A stretch of 21,356 nucleotides of DNA. Origin: Fibrobacterota bacterium. GTDB taxonomy: Bacteria > Fibrobacterota > Fibrobacteria > UBA11236. How positions within the stretch are numbered: the stretch's first letter is position 1; every line of letters starts with the position of its first letter. Below are positions 16,277 to 21,356 of the stretch, piece after piece. The stretch is taken from positions 1 to 21,356 of the forward strand of contig JAYUVP010000038.1 of the NCBI GenBank assembly GCA_043753995.1. The letters run 5' to 3'. The position numbers and the translations under genes are program-made. Under the pieces are notes generated by a model. It was not told where the DNA came from. It did no database searches and saw only the letters and a program-made list of their open reading frames with translations.

Positions 16277-16591
16277 GGTGGACACCGCCTTCAAACCCAA
16301 GCTATCAGCCTTCGTCTCCTAGGAAGGACTCAAATAAAGGCGAGCCGGCAACATTTGTATCCAAGGCTCAATCGGGGCGGCCAACCGTACCATAATGTTC
16401 AACCCTTAAACAAAGGTGTTCGTGGTAAAGCAACCTTGGAATCCCATCCTGGTGAAGGGACAATTGGGGACGAATTGTTTTCGTAGAATGCGATTTTTCC
16501 ATTTCAAAAACATTTCGTTTCGCTTACGATAGGGCTTCACAACTGCCGAGGCGGTTTAGGTGCCAACTCAACTTGGAAGCGAGAGTGATCA

Positions 16592-17947
16592 ATGCGTTCT
16601 CCCGTAATTTGGAAATGGGGATTCGTCCTTCTGGCGATGACACCGGCAATGAGCCAAACGGCGGTGAATATCACCGGCAAGGTTACCGATTCCGCAGGCG
16701 CTTCCATTGCCGATGCAACCGTCAAGCTCGAAATGTTGGGCTATTCGGCAACCACTTCTAGTACTGGCGCCTTCAGTCTCACGGGCAGTGGTACTGGAAT
16801 GGATCCAAATTGGAATTCGAAATCAAGGGGCCTGTCTTTGCGGGAAGGTCGTTTATGGCTTGAATCGCCCTTTCAGTCTGCGGCGTCGGTGGTTGTTCTC
16901 GGGCCCCAAGGAGAGGTTTACGGGCGAAGTGAAATCGCGTCGCCCTCGGAGGAACTGTCCTTCTCCCTGCCCCAGGTACCGACGGGCCTGTGCTTCATTT
17001 CCATCACAATCGACGGTAAGAAAAGTTTATTGCGCGCCTTGTCGGTCAATGGTGTTTTGCGCTCGGTCGGAGCTGGAAGCCCATCCCTCCAGGGTTCGGG
17101 GCCTTTAGCAAAGGCTGCAGCCACGACTATCTATGACGTGATTACTGTAACTAAATCAGGATTTCAAAAAGGCTATGTCAGCGTCACATCTTCTGATTCG
17201 AGCGGGGTCACCATTAAGCTGCTGAAAGAAGGCAGCACCAAATTCAGCTTTTTCGTGGTGAGCATGAAGGCCATCGTGGAACAATCCGGCAAAGCCGACG
17301 GCTTTGGCGGTGACTTGCGCTTTGGCGAAACCGGCACCGTGGCAGGCTTACGGGGTGCGGATAAGATTTGTCGTACCGTGGCTGAAAAAAGCCTTCCCGG
17401 TTCTTCGGTCAAAGGCTGGAGGGCCTTTTTAAGCGCGACCGCCGGCGTCGATGGCAAACAAGTGGACGCAATCAACCGAGTGGGTCCTGGCCCTTGGTAT
17501 GATCGCCTAGGCCGCTTGTTGGCGCCCACCAAGGCCGACCTCGTCAATGTGCGCCCCGCCAATGGAGACGTAGCCATTCAACTCGACTTGCCCAATGAAG
17601 ACGGTGTGCCCAATCATCGACCCGACCCCACCAAGCCCGCCGATGACAATCACCATATGATGACGGGCTCGAGCACAACCGGGACACTGAAGTCAGCCAC
17701 ATCCACTTGCAAGGACTGGACCGTGGCCGAAGCGAATTCCGACCATGGTCAACCCGGGGTGGGTTTTGCTTGGCCTCGCGGCGGCAGGGTCAGCAATCAG
17801 GGTTCGCATTGGATGTCTACTTATGATGCCCATGGCTGCGGACGCGGATTCGGCATTGTCGAAAACGGCCCTGGGAATCCCAGTATCCTTACCGTCGGCG
17901 ATGGCGGCGGCTATGGAGGATTTTACTGCTTTGCTTTGAACCCCTAA
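16592..17947 (+). CDS. Secreted protein with a carboxypeptidase-regulatory-like N-terminal domain and an endostatin/DUF1554-like C-terminal domain
   Basis: Signal peptide. ITGKVTDSAGASIADATVKL..ATTSSTGAFSL is CarboxypepD_reg-like. The C-terminal FSFFV, GGDL..GLRGADKIC, WRAFLS, RVGPGPWY, TGS, TCKDWT and FYCFA pattern is typical of bacterial endostatin-like (C-type lectin fold) domains. Confidence 0.78.
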   Translation: MRSPVIWKWGFVLLAMTPAMSQTAVNITGKVTDSAGASIADATVKLEMLGYSATTSSTGAFSLTGSGTGMDPNWNSKSRGLSLREGRLWLESPFQSAASVVVLGPQGEVYGRSEIASPSEELSFSLPQVPTGLCFISITIDGKKSLLRALSVNGVLRSVGAGSPSLQGSGPLAKAAATTIYDVITVTKSGFQKGYVSVTSSDSSGVTIKLLKEGSTKFSFFVVSMKAIVEQSGKADGFGGDLRFGETGTVAGLRGADKICRTVAEKSLPGSSVKGWRAFLSATAGVDGKQVDAINRVGPGPWYDRLGRLLAPTKADLVNVRPANGDVAIQLDLPNEDGVPNHRPDPTKPADDNHHMMTGSSTTGTLKSATSTCKDWTVAEANSDHGQPGVGFAWPRGGRVSNQGSHWMSTYDAHGCGRGFGIVENGPGNPSILTVGDGGGYGGFYCFALNP

Positions 17948-17962
17948 TTCAAATTAGGTGGC

Positions 17963-17992
17963 ACGTCCTGACCTTTCGGTCGGGACGTTTTT
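17963..17992 (+). terminator. Intrinsic terminator of the 16592..17947 gene
   Basis: Stem ACGTCCTGACC-TTTC-GGTCGGGACGT followed by a T run, 15 bp after the stop codon. Confidence 0.85.
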
Positions 17993-17995
17993 GAT

Positions 17996-18400
17996 TTAAA
18001 AACGATAAGCCAATCCAATTTGCCGCTTAACCGGATTGAGAAAAACCGAGCAATTCTCGTCTTCTAACATGCGACGGTAATTGCCTTCTTTTCTTGCTCC
18101 GATGCCGGTTAAAATGCCTCCTGCTACGCCCCCTAGAACGGTCAGTTCTATCAGGAAGATTGCTTGGAACCCCTCTAAGCCATCCGCCCCGCCACCCTCG
18201 TTGTCGCGACTCCCTTTTTGCATCAAATTGAAAGCCATGACACCGCCCATGGCGCTTGCGCCGAGCAAAACCAATCCCGCCGTTTTCATCCGGGAAAAGG
18301 TCACGATTTTTGAGTCGATACGGTCACAGGTATAGGCAGATTCTTTTGAATAGGCTTGAGTGGTAAGAATGATCACAAGTAACAAAAACCATTTTTTCAC
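17996..18400 (-). CDS. Exported/membrane hypothetical protein with a Gly-rich hydrophobic hairpin
   Basis: GGAGG RBS and GTG start. Signal peptide MKKWFLLLVIILTTQAYS. Two hydrophobic helices. Ends QIGLAYRF. Confidence 0.8.
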   Translation of the reverse strand: MKKWFLLLVIILTTQAYSKESAYTCDRIDSKIVTFSRMKTAGLVLLGASAMGGVMAFNLMQKGSRDNEGGGADGLEGFQAIFLIELTVLGGVAGGILTGIGARKEGNYRRMLEDENCSVFLNPVKRQIGLAYRF

Positions 18401-18483
18401 CTTTTCCTCCGGCTGAATAAACTTGCTGATCTGGTATTAAGACGATCTTCTTCAATACAATGTCACCTTTAATGCAGGGAAAC

Positions 18484-18515
18484 AAAAAAGCCCGCCCCTG
18501 CAAGGAACGGGCTTT
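18484..18515 (-). terminator. Intrinsic terminator of the TIM-barrel/Gfo operon
   Basis: The minus strand reads AAAGCCCG-TTCCTTGCAGGGG-CGGGCTTTTTT, 20 bp after the stop at 18536. Confidence 0.85.
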
Positions 18516-18535
18516 CCCTCTACTCTAAATGGCGA

Positions 18536-19681
18536 TTACAGCTCTACCCATTGCGCGCCCTTCTTGGCGCTCTCGACGGTCTTGACCAGGAATTGAAGTC
18601 CCCGTAAGCCATCGTTCACATTGGGATATCCACCTTGAGACGCCAACCCGCTCTTGACCCGGCGAATGTCGGCAATCGCGGCACGATAAATATTCGCGAA
18701 AGCTTCGAGATAGCCTTCAGGATGGCCGGGAGGCGTGCGGGTGGCCGCCTTGGAGGCTTCGCCCATGACGCCCGTACCCGTGCGCATTTTCTGCCAAGCC
18801 TGGCCCTTGGCCTTGTAAATCAAGGTATTCGGCTCTTGCTGATGCCATTCCAATCCGGCCTTGCTGCCGTAAATGCGAATGTTCAGGTTATTCTCTTCGC
18901 CACAAGCGATTTGCGAACAAACCAGAGTCCCCTTACCGCCATTTTGCAGGCGAATGAGAATATTGGCATCGTCTTCCAAAAGGCGACCGGGCACGAAGGA
19001 AGTGAAATCGGCGCATAGCGAGGTGATGCGAAGACCGGTGATATATTCCAGCAGATTTTCACCATGCGTACCAATATCCCCTACGCAGCAGGATATGCCC
19101 GCACGCTTCGGATCGGTGCGCCATGCGGCCTGTTTTTGACCTGAGGCTTCCAACGGATCCATCAACCAATCCTGATTGTATTCGACCATGACCTTGCGCA
19201 CATCGCCGATAAGGCCCTGTTGCACCATTTCCTTGGCCTGGCGCACGGCAGGATAGCCCGTATAATTGTGGGTCAAAGCAAAAACCAGTTTTTTGCTTTC
19301 CACGATTTTCACCAGCTCTTGCGCTTCTTCCAAGGTGAATGTCATGGGCTTGTCGCAAACCACATGAATACCCGCCTCCAAGAAAGCCTTGGCTACAGGG
19401 AAGTGCATGTGATTGGGCGTGGCGATGATGGCGAAGTCAATGCCATCAGGACGTTTGGCTTCTTCCTTGGCCATTTCGGCAAAGGATCCATAGGACCGAT
19501 CGAGATACCAGGCCTCAGCGCTAGCCTTGGCCTTTTCCGGGTCGGAAGACATGGCGCCCGCAACCACCAGGGCCTGGCCATCTAACTCCACGGCAATGCG
19601 ATGCACGGATCCGATGAAAGCACCTTGTCCGCCACCGACGATGCCGGCGCGCAATCTTCTCTTGTTGACGTCTTGTGTCAT
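18536..19681 (-). CDS. Gfo/Idh/MocA family NAD(P)-dependent oxidoreductase
   Basis: GIVGGGQGAFIGSVHR, IATPNHMH, HVVCDKP, AWRTDP, GDIGTH and PPGHPEGYLEAFANIY. Confidence 0.95.
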   Translation of the reverse strand: MTQDVNKRRLRAGIVGGGQGAFIGSVHRIAVELDGQALVVAGAMSSDPEKAKASAEAWYLDRSYGSFAEMAKEEAKRPDGIDFAIIATPNHMHFPVAKAFLEAGIHVVCDKPMTFTLEEAQELVKIVESKKLVFALTHNYTGYPAVRQAKEMVQQGLIGDVRKVMVEYNQDWLMDPLEASGQKQAAWRTDPKRAGISCCVGDIGTHGENLLEYITGLRITSLCADFTSFVPGRLLEDDANILIRLQNGGKGTLVCSQIACGEENNLNIRIYGSKAGLEWHQQEPNTLIYKAKGQAWQKMRTGTGVMGEASKAATRTPPGHPEGYLEAFANIYRAAIADIRRVKSGLASQGGYPNVNDGLRGLQFLVKTVESAKKGAQWVEL

Positions 19682-19701
19682 TCGATTTTCCTCAGTCGCT
19701 A

Positions 19702-20943
19702 TTAGGAGCGATAGGCCTGACGGCCATGACCTTGAATGGGGATATTTTGTGCGGCCAAGACTTCATACTGCAAGGCATGCATCGCGGCTGCGGCTTCGTC
19801 GATGGCCTTGGTGAAGGCCAAGGAGCCCTTCAGGATGGGTGCCAATTTGGCCTTGTCCTGGATGCGGGCCTTGGGGTATTCGTGTTCGACCACGAGATAG
19901 GTCTTGGCAGGATCGATGGCGAGCAATTCGCGTGCAGCAAGCTGATGATCGAGCCAATCGACGCTGCGATTCTGCAAATACGCCAAAGGATCGTGCTTCG
20001 CCGTGCCAGGCAATTCATGCTCAGCCAAAACCACTTGTTTTTTCCAGGCATTGATGTGGTCGGCGGGCTTGGGGCTGGGTTTGCCATTGATCCAATCACC
20101 GCGCTCCATGGTTTGGCCGCCATAGCCCCAAGCAGAGACGCCTTTTGCGTCGACGACCTGGCCCTTCACGTGAAAACCCGCGATGAGGAAGTTATAACCT
20201 TCGTCCTTCAAGTATTGAAAAATCGAACGCGTGTCCATGCCCATAAGGATGGAATGCGACGGATCATAGTGCACGCGGAATTGATCGCCCACGCCATGCT
20301 TTTCGCAAATGCGATGTAGAGCAATCCACGGACCGGGAGCATAGGCGATATTGTTATGCCACTTGTCGGAAATATTCCATCCCGGCATCGGGCATTGCTC
20401 GACGCGATAGACTAGGCCGCGGGCCTTGGCCTCTTTGAGCAAGGGAATCCAAACCTCTTCGAACATGACAAGGTTTTCGTCCATGTCGAGCTTGTGATTC
20501 CGGCCAATGAAACCGCAAACAGCGTCGGTGCCGAGCAAAACTGCGGCATCGAAACACTTGATCATGAATTCGACTTTCTTTTTCCGATCGGCCGCATCAT
20601 GGGTAAGCAAGTTGTCGAAATAGGAAACATCGGACAAACCTACGCCGGTGCTCTTCATGGCTGCTTGAACGCGGGCGGCACGCTCTTTATTGAAAGGCTT
20701 GCGCAAGTCAAGGGTATTGGCCACGGGGTCGAGCATGGCCTCGGCGGGAATGTCGCTCTCATCTGGATGGAGGGCGGCGGAAAGTTGAATATTCGGCGAG
20801 CCTATTTCTTTGGCGAATTGCAGCCAATCCTCAATAGCCAAGTCAGGATCAGGATCGCGTTTGGATCGTGGGGTGAGTTCTTGAAGCGCGGCGGTGAGCA
20901 CCGAAAGGCGCATGGGCTTGGGTTCAAAGGATTTGATGGACAT
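19702..20943 (-). CDS. Sugar phosphate isomerase/epimerase (xylose isomerase-like TIM barrel, AP-endonuclease-2 family)
   Basis: Metal-ligand motifs [18 protein letters not shown] and VEHE. It sits 20 bp upstream of the Gfo gene on the same strand. Confidence 0.88.
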   Translation of the reverse strand: MSIKSFEPKPMRLSVLTAALQELTPRSKRDPDPDLAIEDWLQFAKEIGSPNIQLSAALHPDESDIPAEAMLDPVANTLDLRKPFNKERAARVQAAMKSTGVGLSDVSYFDNLLTHDAADRKKKVEFMIKCFDAAVLLGTDAVCGFIGRNHKLDMDENLVMFEEVWIPLLKEAKARGLVYRVEQCPMPGWNISDKWHNNIAYAPGPWIALHRICEKHGVGDQFRVHYDPSHSILMGMDTRSIFQYLKDEGYNFLIAGFHVKGQVVDAKGVSAWGYGGQTMERGDWINGKPSPKPADHINAWKKQVVLAEHELPGTAKHDPLAYLQNRSVDWLDHQLAARELLAIDPAKTYLVVEHEYPKARIQDKAKLAPILKGSLAFTKAIDEAAAAMHALQYEVLAAQNIPIQGHGRQAYRS

Positions 20944-20997
20944 GGGAAAAGTTTTCCTTTCCAGAAAAGGGACACCAGAGACGAAAAGAGATAGGCA

Positions 20998-21027
20998 CTA
21001 TATAGCTGGCGTGCCAGGGATAGACAA
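20998..21027 (-). promoter_or_regulatory. Candidate sigma70-type promoter of the TIM/Gfo operon with a palindrome in the spacer
   Basis: The minus strand reads TTGTCT-17 nt-TATATAGT. The spacer contains CTGGC-AC-GCCAG (21006-21017). The -10 match is imperfect. Confidence 0.3.
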
Positions 21028-21051
21028 GCTAAATTTGCCTATTTTATAGGC

Positions 21052-21356
21052 TCAACGTCGCCATGTGGGGGTCAAAATGAATTGGCTGGAGCGGTTGTTG
21101 AGGTCGACTAAACCTAATGCGAAATCAAACCACATTCCTTTATGCACGGCATTCACGTCCATTTCGAAATCAAAAGAAAGGGACTTGGCTGGTTGGGTTT
21201 GGGTAGCCACAATCTGAGGCGGCAGGCCCTCACGGCGATACAAAACCAATTGTGCCGAACCGATCGCCTGGTAGGAAATTTGGCCAATCAGCCGCACCTT
21301 TCCTAGTTCGGGATCGTATTGAGTTCGCATAAGGGTCGGGGCGGGCGGTGGTTTTG
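21052..21356 (-). CDS. 3' end of a gene entering from beyond the window; C-terminal beta-rich (Fn3-like) domain
   Basis: The frame is open from the window edge (KPPPAPTL-MRTQYD...). The pattern PPAP, LVLYRRE and LGLVDLNNRSS is reminiscent of fibronectin type III domains. Confidence 0.55.
   Translation of the reverse strand, partial: KPPPAPTLMRTQYDPELGKVRLIGQISYQAIGSAQLVLYRREGLPPQIVATQTQPAKSLSFDFEMDVNAVHKGMWFDFALGLVDLNNRSSQFILTPTWRR

Noticed and set aside
1..21356. CRISPR array, tRNA/rRNA, transposase, integrase, phage or defence genes
   Set aside because: No regularly spaced direct repeats, cloverleaf or rRNA signatures, or relevant protein motifs were recognised by eye. Small RNAs could have been missed.

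Overview
Bacterial chromosomal window with about 19 protein-coding units. I recognised no rRNA, tRNA, CRISPR array or transposase. Housekeeping genes are interleaved with secreted-protein genes. The housekeeping set is a split carboxy(nor)spermidine dehydrogenase/decarboxylase pair, a pterin carbinolamine dehydratase, a YfiT/DinB protein, an SDR, and a Gfo/Idh/MocA + TIM-barrel operon. The secreted set is a 1167-aa galactose-oxidase-like (AA5) copper radical oxidase with three LamG-like domains facing an orphan SCO copper chaperone, an FG-GAP repeat protein, a GH16 broken by a 2-bp frameshift in a (GC)4 tract, a PL1 pectate lyase, an endostatin/DUF1554-like protein and several hypotheticals. 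Several secreted proteins end in short basic tails with a D/N-x-x-G-[RK] motif, which suggests an FCB-group, possibly Fibrobacterota, host (inference only). Two GC-rich, hairpin-dense intergenic elements (about 746-899 and 13024-13386) are not explained by any gene. All family calls come from motif recognition by eye; no searches were run.
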